Source: an uncultured Bacilli bacterium
Lineage (GTDB): Bacteria > Bacillota_I > Bacilli_A > RF39 > UBA660
Length of the DNA stretch: 64,000 nt
Assembly: GCA_934096555.1 (NCBI GenBank)
Contig: CAKOMD010000002.1
Span: forward strand, 3,128 to 67,127
Reading direction: 5' to 3'
A model generated the notes under the pieces. That model ran no database searches. It saw nothing but the letters and a program-made list of their open reading frames with translations, and was not told the origin of the DNA. Both the position numbers and the translations under genes were made by a program. Shown here piece by piece: positions 1-10,469 of this stretch (position 1 is its first letter; each line of letters begins with the position of its first letter).

Positions 1-794
<794 letters not shown>

Positions 795-825
795 AATAAT
801 TTAATATATTTTTTCATAAAATTAG

Positions 826-854
826 TTGAAATTTAATATATAATATGGTAAAAT
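826..854 (+). promoter_or_regulatory. sigma-A type promoter upstream of rplS
   Basis: TTGAAA (826-831), 17-nt spacer, TAAAAT (849-854), with TGg directly upstream of the -10 (extended -10). Confidence 0.4.
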
Positions 855-960
855 TAATAGCGTTATGGGATAATCCGCTTAGTATATATAGTATTATATT
901 ATATAAATAATAATATATATAGGTAATGATTATCTGAAAAAGAAAGGAAGTGTATATACG
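855..960 (+). promoter_or_regulatory. long structured 5' leader of rplS (possible L19 autoregulatory leader)
   Basis: There are ~100 nt between the predicted promoter and the start codon. GATAATC (869-875) can pair with GATTATC (928-934), enclosing an AT-rich palindromic segment. L19 leaders are known in low-GC Gram-positives, but identity was not verified. Confidence 0.25.
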
Positions 961-1311
961 ATGAATATCATTGACAAAATTACAGAAAGTCAAATGAAAA
1001 AAGATTTACCAGAGTTCAGAGTAGGAGATTCAGTTACAGTTGGATGTATTATTACTGAAACAAAAGGCGGTAAATCAAAAGAAAGAGTACAGGACTTTAA
1101 AGGAACTGTAATCGCAAGAAAAGGTAAAGGAGTATCTGAAACTTTCACTGTAAGAGGAGAATATTCTGGAGTAGGTGTTGAAAAAACATTCCACGTTCAC
1201 TCTAATAAAGTTGCTTATATTAAGGTTACTAAACCAGGTAAAGTAAGAAGAGCTAAATTATATTTCTTAAGAGACAGACAGAAAAAATTTAATATTAAAG
1301 AAAGAAGATAA
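961..1311 (+). CDS. rplS: 50S ribosomal protein L19
   Basis: 116 aa with FRVGDSV...KERVQDFKGTVIARKG...TFTVR...GVEKTFHVHS...I. This is the typical L19 sequence and length, with a good RBS (GAAAGGAAG). Confidence 0.95.
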   Translation: MNIIDKITESQMKKDLPEFRVGDSVTVGCIITETKGGKSKERVQDFKGTVIARKGKGVSETFTVRGEYSGVGVEKTFHVHSNKVAYIKVTKPGKVRRAKLYFLRDRQKKFNIKERR

Positions 1312-1338
1312 TAGCTTAGCTATTATCTTCTTATTATT
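1304..1338 (+). terminator. rho-independent terminator after rplS
   Basis: GAAGATAATAGC / GCTATTATCTTC 12-bp stem overlapping the stop codon, followed by TTATTATT. Confidence 0.6.
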
Positions 1339-1348
1339 GAGGTGAAAT

Positions 1349-1855
1349 ATGAAAGAAATAATAAAAGAATTATATCCCTATATAATCATAATTCTAGTAG
1401 TAGTATTAGTAAGAAGTTTTATAATTACTCCAGTGATAGTATCGGGTAATTCAATGAAACCAAATCTAAATGATGGCGAACTATTATTAGTAAAAAAGAT
1501 AGGCTATAATGAAAAAACAATCAAAAGATTCGATATAGTAGTAATAAAGAAAGATAAAGAAGAAATAATTAAAAGAGTAATAGGTTTACCTGGAGAACAT
1601 ATATCATATAAAAATAATAAATTATATGTAAATGATAAACTAGTAACTGAAGATTATACTCATCTAGATACTAAAGATTTCAATCTTGAAGAAATATGTA
1701 CATGTAGCACAATACCAGAAGGTAAATATCTTGTACTCGGAGATAATAGACCAATATCAAAAGATAGTAGATCAATAGGTTTAATAGATGAAAAGGATAT
1801 CATAGGAAAATCAGTATTTAGACTATGGCCTATATCTAAAATTGGAACTATATAA
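1349..1855 (+). CDS. lepB: signal peptidase I (S26 family)
   Basis: N-terminal TM helix, catalytic Ser box SGNSMKPNL, RVIGLPGE, and GDNRPISKDSR box. Confidence 0.9.
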   Translation: MKEIIKELYPYIIIILVVVLVRSFIITPVIVSGNSMKPNLNDGELLLVKKIGYNEKTIKRFDIVVIKKDKEEIIKRVIGLPGEHISYKNNKLYVNDKLVTEDYTHLDTKDFNLEEICTCSTIPEGKYLVLGDNRPISKDSRSIGLIDEKDIIGKSVFRLWPISKIGTI

Positions 1856-1919
1856 GATATTATTAAAGTATGTAGTATTTATAGACAATAGTAAAACTAA
1901 AATATAACTTCTTTCATAA

Positions 1920-2882
<963 letters not shown>

Positions 2883-2894
2883 GGAGAATAATTC

Positions 2895-2919
2895 AAACGG
2901 TCTACTAGGCCGTTTTCTT
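2895..2919 (+). terminator. putative terminator after the collagen-like gene
   Basis: AAACGGTC / GGCCGTTT stem (one G:T pair), loop TACTA, then TTCTTAT. Confidence 0.45.
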
Positions 2920-2968
2920 ATAGACAAATATATCTTGACATGATAAAATGATATCAGAGGTGATAATG

Positions 2969-3307
2969 ATGATCCATGAAATGAAATTAAATAATGAGCC
3001 ATTTACTTTAATAAAAGCAGGCACCAAAGTAATAGAAATGCGGTTAAACGATGAAAAGAGAAGAAAAATAAAAATAGGAGACAAAATAGAGTTTACAAGT
3101 AGAGATAGCGGCGAAAAAATTATGACTGAAGTAATAAATTTACATAACTATCAAAGCTTTGCAGAACTGTATAAACATTTCAACAAAAAAGTCTTGGGAT
3201 ATTCTGATAATGAAGCAGCAGATCCAGCTGACATGAATAAATACTATTCTAAAGAAGAACAAGATAAATATGGAGTATTAGGTATTGAAATAAAATTAGT
3301 CAAATAA
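2969..3307 (+). CDS. ASCH domain protein
   Basis: ~112 aa, MIHEMKLNNEPFTLIKAGTKVIEMRLNDEKRRKIKIGDKIEF..., the pattern typical of small ASCH/PUA-like proteins. The start was chosen at the ATG behind AGAGGTGA; the track ORF starts at 2948. Confidence 0.65.
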   Translation: MIHEMKLNNEPFTLIKAGTKVIEMRLNDEKRRKIKIGDKIEFTSRDSGEKIMTEVINLHNYQSFAELYKHFNKKVLGYSDNEAADPADMNKYYSKEEQDKYGVLGIEIKLVK

Positions 3308-3501
3308 TTTTCATAAATTTATATAGCTATAGTGAAGAATAAAAAGAAAAGATGCACTTTGTACAAAGAATATTACCGCTATGCCGACATCATTAGTGCC
3401 AAGATACTTTGATGCATTTGCTATATTCTTAAAAAAAGATTCAAAATATGTACCTTAATTTGCTGCTAGAATAAATAACATTACAAAATATCAATAATAC
3501 G

Positions 3502-3530
3502 AAAGCATAATTTAATATGCTTTTTTCTTT
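3502..3530 (+). terminator. orphan rho-independent terminator with no intact gene upstream
   Basis: AAAGCATA / TATGCTTT 8-bp stem, loop ATTTAA, then TTTTCTTT. Upstream, at ~3352-3460, an open stretch reads ...NITAMPTSLVPRYFDAFAIFLKKDSKYVP*, with no start or RBS. Confidence 0.45.
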
Positions 3531-3551
3531 GGTAATAATCTTACCAGAAAG

Positions 3552-3581
3552 TTGACATTATATTACCATATATATTATAAT
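3552..3581 (+). promoter_or_regulatory. strong consensus promoter with no intact downstream gene
   Basis: TTGACA (3552-3557), 18-nt spacer, TATAAT (3576-3581). It points into the decayed RhuM-like gene. Confidence 0.4.
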
Positions 3582-3685
3582 TAAGTCATGTGTAAGAAAA
3601 ATTATAAACATATTAAAAAAACAACTTATTTCCAAATAAAATTAGTTCAAAAAGAAAAGATAGGGAGCATTTAGTGAAAGAATGA

Positions 3686-4417
3686 ATTTTAAATTTTGAT
3701 GCAATAATATCAGTTGGATATAGAGTAAATTCATTAAGAGCGACACAATTTAGGAGATGGACGGAAAATATACTTAAAACATTTACAATTCAAGGATATG
3801 TATTAGATAAAGAAAGAATGAAAAATGGTTCATTTATTGATAAAGATTATTTTGAAAAGTTATTAGAAGGAGTCCGAGAAATTAGGTTATCTTAAAGAAG
3901 GCTTTATCAAAAAGTAACTGACATTTATGCTAAAAGTATAGATTATGATCCTAAATCTCCTATATCAATCAATTTCTTTAAAAGGATTCAAAATAAAATG
4001 CACTATGCTGTGTCAAAACAAACAGCAGTAGAAATTATATATAGTAGAGTCAATTCAGAAAAGAACATATGGGCTTGACTTCATAGAAAAATATTCCTTA
4101 TGGAATCAGTTGTAATAATTGCTAAAAATTATTTAAATAAAGAAGAATTAAAAGATTTAGAAGGAATTGTTAGTGTATTTTTAGAAATTGCTGAAAATAG
4201 GGCGAGAAGCCATATTCCAATGATGATGGAAGACAGGTCATCTAGAATAGATAAGCTTTTGCTTGCAGATGATAGGGATATATTAAAAGATGCTGGAAAA
4301 ATACCACATGAAATAGCTTACGATAAAGCATTAACTGAATTTGAAAAATATAGAATAAAACAGGATAAATTATATAAGTCAGATTTTGATTTATTAATAG
4401 AAGAAACAAACAAATAA
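3686..4417 (+). pseudogene. RhuM-family (virulence protein RhuM-like) pseudogene, N-terminally truncated with two in-frame stops
   Basis: A single frame reads ILNFDAIISVGYRVNSLRATQFRRWTENILKTFTIQGYVLDKERM...S*RRLYQKVTDIYAKSIDYD...IYSRVNSEKNIWA*L...AKNYLNKEELKDLEGIVSVFLEIAENRA...KYRIKQDKLYKSDFDLLIEE. It is collinear with the intact paralog at 38378..39403. In-frame stops are TAA at 3893-3895 and TGA at 4076-4078, and about 90 N-terminal residues are missing. Confidence 0.85.
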
Positions 4418-4441
4418 TAAAATGAAAAGGAGATTAGAAGT

Positions 4442-4849
4442 ATGCTCAATTTAGAAAAAGTAAAAGAGAAATTAAAAAACTGGGGATTTGATTATAAAAA
4501 TAATATTCTACCAGGACACAGTATTAATAAAGTAAAATGGGTTTTACCAGTAGGACCGGTAATGGTGGTTGCATCTGAACAAGCAACATCATATTTATTT
4601 GGCTTTGATGAAAAAGGAATTTATATTTTTCCGGTTCATGGTGATTGGAATATTTTAGATTGCTGTTTAATCGAATGGAAAAATATTATAAAATTTGAAA
4701 TAAGAAAAGGAATTTTGCTTGAAAATACCATGAATATTACAACTAACGAAATGAATGTATCATTAAAAATAAACAAGGTAGTCGCAGGTAATCCATGGGT
4801 TAAAGAAAATATAAAAAAATTAGAGGATTTAAATTATTATAAAAAATAA
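4442..4849 (+). CDS. hypothetical protein (135 aa)
   Basis: Good RBS (AAAGGAGA) and coherent coding composition. No motif was recognised with certainty. Confidence 0.6.
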   Translation: MLNLEKVKEKLKNWGFDYKNNILPGHSINKVKWVLPVGPVMVVASEQATSYLFGFDEKGIYIFPVHGDWNILDCCLIEWKNIIKFEIRKGILLENTMNITTNEMNVSLKINKVVAGNPWVKENIKKLEDLNYYKK

Positions 4850-4898
4850 ATGTATGCAATTTGATGAATAGATTTTAACAAATGAGGAAGTGAAAATA

Positions 4899-5756
4899 AT
4901 GAATAACGAAAATAAGACAAATATAAACTGGTACCCCGGCCACATGGCCAAGACCAAGAGAGAGATAAAAGAAAAGATAGATTTAATCGATATCGTATTT
5001 GAAGTAGTAGATGCTAGAATACCATATTCTTCAAAAAATAAAGAAATTGAAGAAATAACTAAAAATAAGCCTAGAGTCATTATAATGACCAAAATGGATC
5101 TATGCGACAAAGAAAAAACAAATAAATGGATTAAATATTATGAAGACAAAGGCTATATTGTCGTACCAATGGATCTAATAAATAATCCAAATACTAAGAT
5201 AATATTTGACAAAATAAAGCCCATACTTGAAGACATAAATGGCAAAAGAAAAAGCAAAGGCCTAAAAGAAAGAAAGGCCAGAATCCTAATAATGGGAGTA
5301 CCAAATGTTGGTAAATCAACCCTAATAAATAGATTGGTAGGCAAAAAAGCCACCAATGTAGGAAATAGGCCAGGTGTTACCAAGACCCTAGAATGGATTA
5401 GAATTAATGATAAAGTAGAACTTTTAGATACTCCAGGTATATTATGGCCAAAACTAGATGATGTTACAGTCGCCCATAATTTAGCTAGCATGACTGCTGT
5501 CAAAGAAGAAGTACTAGAACTTGACGATCTTGCCATCTATATAATACAAAAAATGCTATCTGACTATCCAGAAAGCATAATAAATAGGTACAATCTAACA
5601 AAAGTAGAAGATATTGTAGATACCCTAGATGAAATAGGTAAGAAGATAGGAGCTATCCGTAATAATGAAACAGATTATGATAGAGTATACAAAAGAGTAA
5701 TAAAAGATCTGCAAGATGGCTACCTAGGCAAAGTAACATTTGATAATATAAATTAA
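4899..5756 (+). CDS. rbgA: ribosome biogenesis GTPase A (YlqF/RbgA)
   Basis: NWYPGHMAKTKREIKE start with circularly permuted GTPase motifs (DARIP...NKxD-like MTKMDL...GVPNVGKSTLIN...DTPG). The start is placed at ATG 4899, behind GAGGAAG. Confidence 0.9.
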   Translation: MNNENKTNINWYPGHMAKTKREIKEKIDLIDIVFEVVDARIPYSSKNKEIEEITKNKPRVIIMTKMDLCDKEKTNKWIKYYEDKGYIVVPMDLINNPNTKIIFDKIKPILEDINGKRKSKGLKERKARILIMGVPNVGKSTLINRLVGKKATNVGNRPGVTKTLEWIRINDKVELLDTPGILWPKLDDVTVAHNLASMTAVKEEVLELDDLAIYIIQKMLSDYPESIINRYNLTKVEDIVDTLDEIGKKIGAIRNNETDYDRVYKRVIKDLQDGYLGKVTFDNIN

Positions 5757-5785
5757 AAAAGTATAGAAACAAAACTCTATACTTT

Positions 5786-6286
5786 TTATCTAATAATTTT
5801 ATCTAATATTCCATAAGATATAATACTCATAATAATGCTAGCAAGTATTACACCCAAGAAGATAAAGATAGAAGCCTTTTTTCTATTCATTCTTAGAAGT
5901 ACCGCAAGTCCAGCCCCTGTCCAAGCACCAGTACCCGGTAGCGGAATACCCACAAACAATAGAAGACCTAAGTAACCATATTTTTCAATCTGTGCTTTCT
6001 TAGATAGAATTTTATTTTCTATTTTAACAACTAACTTCTCAGTAGTTTTAAATTTCTTAAGCCATTCAAATATTTTATCTAAAAATATAAGAACAAACGG
6101 AATAGGTAGGCAATTACCCAATATACTTATAATGTAAGCAGGTATAAAGTCCATTCCTATAATAGAAGCTGCAAGTAGGCCTCCTCTTAACTCCAATATT
6201 GGTAGCATTGAAATAATAAAAACAGCAATCTCTTTACCAATACCACTTCCAAATAAATCCACAATCTTTTGTACTATTCCTTGCAT
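5786..6286 (-). CDS. small multidrug-export-like membrane protein (COG2426-type)
   Basis: 166 aa, polytopic, with the LELRGGL motif near the N-terminus and glycine-rich helices. RBS is GAGAGG. Confidence 0.65.
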   Translation of the reverse strand: MQGIVQKIVDLFGSGIGKEIAVFIISMLPILELRGGLLAASIIGMDFIPAYIISILGNCLPIPFVLIFLDKIFEWLKKFKTTEKLVVKIENKILSKKAQIEKYGYLGLLLFVGIPLPGTGAWTGAGLAVLLRMNRKKASIFIFLGVILASIIMSIISYGILDKIIR

Positions 6287-6425
6287 TATATCATTCCTCT
6301 CATCTTTTTAATTATAACATTAATGCTTATATATGTAAATTACTTTATCATTACTTGACACTTCGTTTAAACTTATGTTGCCTTTTTAAAATTTATACGA
6401 TATAATCATAAAGAGAGGTATAAAT

Positions 6426-7055
6426 ATGAAAAATAAAATAATGAAACAGTTACCTAACATAATAACCATTACCAGAATAATAAGTCTAATTATAGGTTTT
6501 ATTTTATTTCGCAAAGGAAATTTTATACCAGCAATTATATTCTATATATATGGAGCAGTATCTGATTTTATAGATGGTTATTTAGCTAGAAAGCTAAATG
6601 CCTATAGTAAGCTTGGCAAATATTTAGATGCTGTAAGTGATAAAATGTATTCTCTTTCTGTAATGATACTTCTAATTATCCACCGAAGTCCTTTAATTAT
6701 TATTCCACTACTTTTAGAGTGCATAATTTCACTAATAAATTATAAAATAATAATAAAGTATAAAAGTACTTATACCGAGAGAGTAGGCAAACATAAAATG
6801 AACTTAGAATTTTTAATGTTAATATTCTCAATGATATCTATTAAGATAAAATATTTTTCTATAGTATTTTATATATTTTTAATACTAACAATATATTTTC
6901 AGGTTCAAAGTATATTTTCTTATGTCAATCAGTTACACAATAAATCTGAAGAAGAACGAATAGATTTAAATGGCAAATCTCTTATAGCAAAAGTTAAATT
7001 TTTATTTGAAGAGTTTATCACATACTTAATACATCCAGTTAAAATAATTAAATAA
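6426..7055 (+). CDS. CDP-alcohol phosphatidyltransferase family protein
   Basis: DFIDGYLARKLNAYSKLGKYLDAVSDK matches D-x2-DG-x2-AR-x8-G-x3-D-x3-D. Multiple TM helices are present. Confidence 0.85.
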   Translation: MKNKIMKQLPNIITITRIISLIIGFILFRKGNFIPAIIFYIYGAVSDFIDGYLARKLNAYSKLGKYLDAVSDKMYSLSVMILLIIHRSPLIIIPLLLECIISLINYKIIIKYKSTYTERVGKHKMNLEFLMLIFSMISIKIKYFSIVFYIFLILTIYFQVQSIFSYVNQLHNKSEEERIDLNGKSLIAKVKFLFEEFITYLIHPVKIIK

Positions 7056-7072
7056 TATTTATTTCTTATTAT

Positions 7073-7136
7073 CACTCTAAGCTTGTAATCTTAGAGTGTT
7101 CTTTTAAGCCTTATATTTCATTATAAGGTTTAAAAG
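7073..7136 (+). repeat. paired-hairpin intergenic element, locus 1
   Basis: CACTCTAAG-CTTGTAAT-CTTAGAGTG (7073-7098), then TT, then CTTTTAAGCCTTATA-TTTCAT-TATAAGGTTTAAAAG (7101-7136). It starts 17 nt after the stop codon at 7055. Confidence 0.8.
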
Positions 7137-7268
7137 AATGCCACAATATGCCTATCATATATAAGCCTAAACCATCAATTTAAAATTATTATTATTTCTT
7201 TAAAACATCTTGAAAAAATAATGATTTTATAGTACACTTAGTTATAGAGTATGGAGGCTAGATATTTC

Positions 7269-8801
7269 ATGAATGATAGATTAAAAAAAATAGTAAATAA
7301 CAAATACTTTATTGTGGTATTGGTATTATTACTTATAACCTTAGTAATAGGAACAGGCACTTATGCTTGGCTTACTTGGTCTAGTCCTAGCACAACAAAA
7401 TTAACAGTAAAAATAGGTAATATTGGAGATGTTATATTTGATAATGGTAAAGAAATAAGCACCACAGGTTTAGCCCCAGTATTTAATTCAAATGATGGTG
7501 AAAAGACCAAGTTTTCAATAGTAAAAAGAAGTAGTGCCGCTAGTGCCAATATAAACTATACAGTAACATTAAATGTAACTAGTATAGCAGCAGAATTAAA
7601 GTCTACTAGTTTTAAATATATACTATTACAAAATGGTGAGCAAGTTAAATCTGGTAATTTTAGTACTATATCAAGTGGTAGTACAATAGAACTAAGTTCT
7701 GGAACATTATCAGATACTCGAGCAGATTTTACTTTTATAATTTATATAGATGGTAATGCAGAAAATAACTCTAATATGATGGGTAAAGCTTTTAAAGCTA
7801 CAATTAGTGTTACTGCTGAAGAAGATACAAGTGAAAAATTGGCCCAGCATATTACTGCACTATATAATGATAATATTGATGGTACAATATCAAATAATAA
7901 AATGGGGACAATTTATAATGTATCAGCTGGTGAGATGCTAATGAACGATATGAAGGGTCAGACGGCAGACGATGGAAATATCAGATATTATGGTTCAGAG
8001 CCAAACAATTATATATATTTTAATTGTGATACTTATCCAAATGAAAATTGTGAATTATGGAGGATAATTGGAGTATTTGATGGTAAGGTAAAAATAATAC
8101 GGAACACTCAAATAAGTTCAATAACGGTTCCAATGAATATAGAATCTGATGATGGAAACTGGAAAACATCAACAGTTGGAAAGGCATTCAATAATCAAGA
8201 AGGCGGCTGTCAAACATATTGGAATCCAGAAATTAATGATGATAGCTGTTCAATTCTCGAAACATTTGATACACTAGAAACAAACTATGGCGGATTTTTG
8301 GATGAAGTAAGAGAAAATGGTTTAAAGAATGATACAACAAGAAATATGTTAGCTCCCTTTCCAAAATATAATTATGGTATAGCAGAATTATATCAAAATA
8401 ATGATGCAGGCATAGAAGGACTATATAGGATGTGGGCTGAAACAGCAGACACTAGTGCAGGTGATATTTATGTTGGAGTGCTTGATATAATTGACTATGC
8501 CTATGCCACTGATTTTAGTGGTGATTGCGATGGAATACAGTCTTTAAGTGATATAAGTACATGTGGTACTTTGACATGGCTTAACAAGCAGGTAAATGAA
8601 TTCGAATACTTTATGAATGCAAACGACTATCGTGGATATGTCATTAGAAAAATTGGTACAATTGACTTTGGCACAGATAATAATGGCGTAGAGTTAGATA
8701 CAAATGAAAGCATTTTTAGACCAGTTGTATATTTAAAAGCAAATGTAAAGTATGATAGCGGCACTGGAGCACAAGGTGATCCAATCTTCATAATGCCATA
8801 A
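7269..8801 (+). CDS. N-terminally anchored or secreted protein of unknown function (paralog family)
   Basis: TM/signal segment ending GTGTYAWLTW, similar to the SipW/TasA-class signal region. A Ser/Thr-rich beta domain follows, then a C-terminal Cys-containing domain ending ...FRPVVYLKANV...GDP. The C-terminus resembles the pseudogene at 63115..63924. The start is placed at ATG 7269. Confidence 0.7.
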   Translation: MNDRLKKIVNNKYFIVVLVLLLITLVIGTGTYAWLTWSSPSTTKLTVKIGNIGDVIFDNGKEISTTGLAPVFNSNDGEKTKFSIVKRSSAASANINYTVTLNVTSIAAELKSTSFKYILLQNGEQVKSGNFSTISSGSTIELSSGTLSDTRADFTFIIYIDGNAENNSNMMGKAFKATISVTAEEDTSEKLAQHITALYNDNIDGTISNNKMGTIYNVSAGEMLMNDMKGQTADDGNIRYYGSEPNNYIYFNCDTYPNENCELWRIIGVFDGKVKIIRNTQISSITVPMNIESDDGNWKTSTVGKAFNNQEGGCQTYWNPEINDDSCSILETFDTLETNYGGFLDEVRENGLKNDTTRNMLAPFPKYNYGIAELYQNNDAGIEGLYRMWAETADTSAGDIYVGVLDIIDYAYATDFSGDCDGIQSLSDISTCGTLTWLNKQVNEFEYFMNANDYRGYVIRKIGTIDFGTDNNGVELDTNESIFRPVVYLKANVKYDSGTGAQGDPIFIMP

Positions 8802-8825
8802 AAAAGAAAGAAAGAGGTAATTAAA

Positions 8826-9722
8826 ATGAATGAACAAGAAATGATGATGAATGAAAAAATCAAAAAAAGAGAAAAGGTAGATACAATACTTGCATATATA
8901 CTACTAGTATTCTTACTAGGAGCAATAATATTTATTCTATATTTAAAATTTATAAGAAAAGGAGATAATACTACTCCTGTAGAAAAGCCAAATAATTATA
9001 TAACACTAAATGATATTTCTAATAGTTTAAACAATAGTACTTTGGCTAATAGATATTTAAATGATAACGTTACATTTAGTTCTAAAGTAAATGGTACTTC
9101 ATTAGAAATTGATTATAAAAAAGAAAAAAAAGAAGAAGTGTTAAATGTTAATACTGTAGGTACAGAATTAGAGTTTACTATGAATGATGATAATAGACTA
9201 ATTATAGAGGATATCTATAAAGAAGTAGCTAATATAATATGTGTATACTATAATAATAGTGAAGATGCCTGCAGAAGTACATTAAATAAAGTAGATGAAA
9301 AAAATCCAGTTAATGGTATAAGATATGTTACTTCAGATAATAATATACTTGTATATGTTAATACAACTCAAAGCATAGATGTAGAAAAGACTGAAACTTA
9401 TACTGAAGTTACTAATGTAGAATTATCCAAAACAAATTATGAATTAAAGTTAGATACTGAAGTGATAAATAACATAAAAGTAGATACTACTGATACTTTA
9501 ATTACTTTTACTGGTGATGTAACAACTACTAGTGAAAATAAAAATATGGCAGTAGTAGTAACACTATATGGAGATAATAATACTAAATTAACTGAAGAAA
9601 AGTATGAATTTAATGATACCAACAAGTTAGAGGAAAAAGGAACATTTAAAGTAGAGTTTGCCTTAAGTGATACTCTTACTAAAGATAGTATCAAAACATA
9701 CAGTATAAATATAGAAAAATAG
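8826..9722 (+). CDS. membrane-anchored hypothetical protein
   Basis: One N-terminal TM helix (ILAYILLVFLLGAIIFILYL), then an Asn/Thr/Glu-rich extracytoplasmic part. Good RBS (AGAGGT). Confidence 0.6.
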   Translation: MNEQEMMMNEKIKKREKVDTILAYILLVFLLGAIIFILYLKFIRKGDNTTPVEKPNNYITLNDISNSLNNSTLANRYLNDNVTFSSKVNGTSLEIDYKKEKKEEVLNVNTVGTELEFTMNDDNRLIIEDIYKEVANIICVYYNNSEDACRSTLNKVDEKNPVNGIRYVTSDNNILVYVNTTQSIDVEKTETYTEVTNVELSKTNYELKLDTEVINNIKVDTTDTLITFTGDVTTTSENKNMAVVVTLYGDNNTKLTEEKYEFNDTNKLEEKGTFKVEFALSDTLTKDSIKTYSINIEK

Positions 9723-9731
9723 GAGATAAGT

Positions 9732-10436
9732 ATGAGTGTACATATTGAAAGTAATAAAGATGATATTGCTGAAACTGTATTAATGCCTGGCGATCCAAAA
9801 AGATGTGAATATATAGCTAGAAAGTTTTTAGCTAATGCCAAACTAATTAATAATGTTAGAGGTATGACTGGGTATACAGGATATTATAAGAGTAAAAAAA
9901 TAACAGTATTTCCATCTGGTATGGGAAACCCTAGTATGGGTATTTATTCTTATGAATTATTTAAAGAATATGATGTAAATAATATAATTAGAATAGGTAC
10001 TATGGGCGCATATACTAATTTAAATTTAAAAGATATAGTACTAGTAACTAATTCAGTTACAAATTCTAATTATGGCAAGTTTTTATGTAATTATCCAAAT
10101 ATAAATATAAATGGCAGTATTGAATTAAATAGTGTTATAGAAAGTACAGCAGCAACATTAAATTTAAAAATAAATAAAGGCAATATATACTCATCAGATG
10201 TCTTTTATGAGCAAAATAATGATTTTAATGATAAAGTAAATAAATATGCTGTACTGGGAGTAGAAATGGAATCATTTGCTTTATTTACTAATGCTAATTT
10301 ACTAGGAAAAAGAGCTAGTACCATTCTAATGGTAAGCGATAGCTTTTTATCTAGTGATAAGTTATCCAGTTTAGAAAGAGAACAAGGACTTGATAATTTA
10401 ATAACTTTAGCTTTAGAAACCTGTTTAAAAATATAA
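9732..10436 (+). CDS. deoD: purine nucleoside phosphorylase, DeoD type
   Basis: VLMPGDPKRCEYIA...VRGMTGYTGYYK...SGMGNPSMGIYSYEL...IRIGTMGA...GVEMES. The length (234 aa) is typical. Confidence 0.85.
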   Translation: MSVHIESNKDDIAETVLMPGDPKRCEYIARKFLANAKLINNVRGMTGYTGYYKSKKITVFPSGMGNPSMGIYSYELFKEYDVNNIIRIGTMGAYTNLNLKDIVLVTNSVTNSNYGKFLCNYPNININGSIELNSVIESTAATLNLKINKGNIYSSDVFYEQNNDFNDKVNKYAVLGVEMESFALFTNANLLGKRASTILMVSDSFLSSDKLSSLEREQGLDNLITLALETCLKI

Positions 10437-10469
10437 AACTAGGATATAATATAGGGGAAGAGGTGAATT

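Noticed and set aside
4076-4078. Possibility that the in-frame TGA in the RhuM-like gene is read as Trp (genetic code 4).
   Set aside because: TGA clearly terminates a good gene in this window: the UPF0297 gene ends ..AAA TGA at 41993-41995, overlapping the ruvX ATG. The same pseudogene also has an in-frame TAA and lacks its N-terminus.
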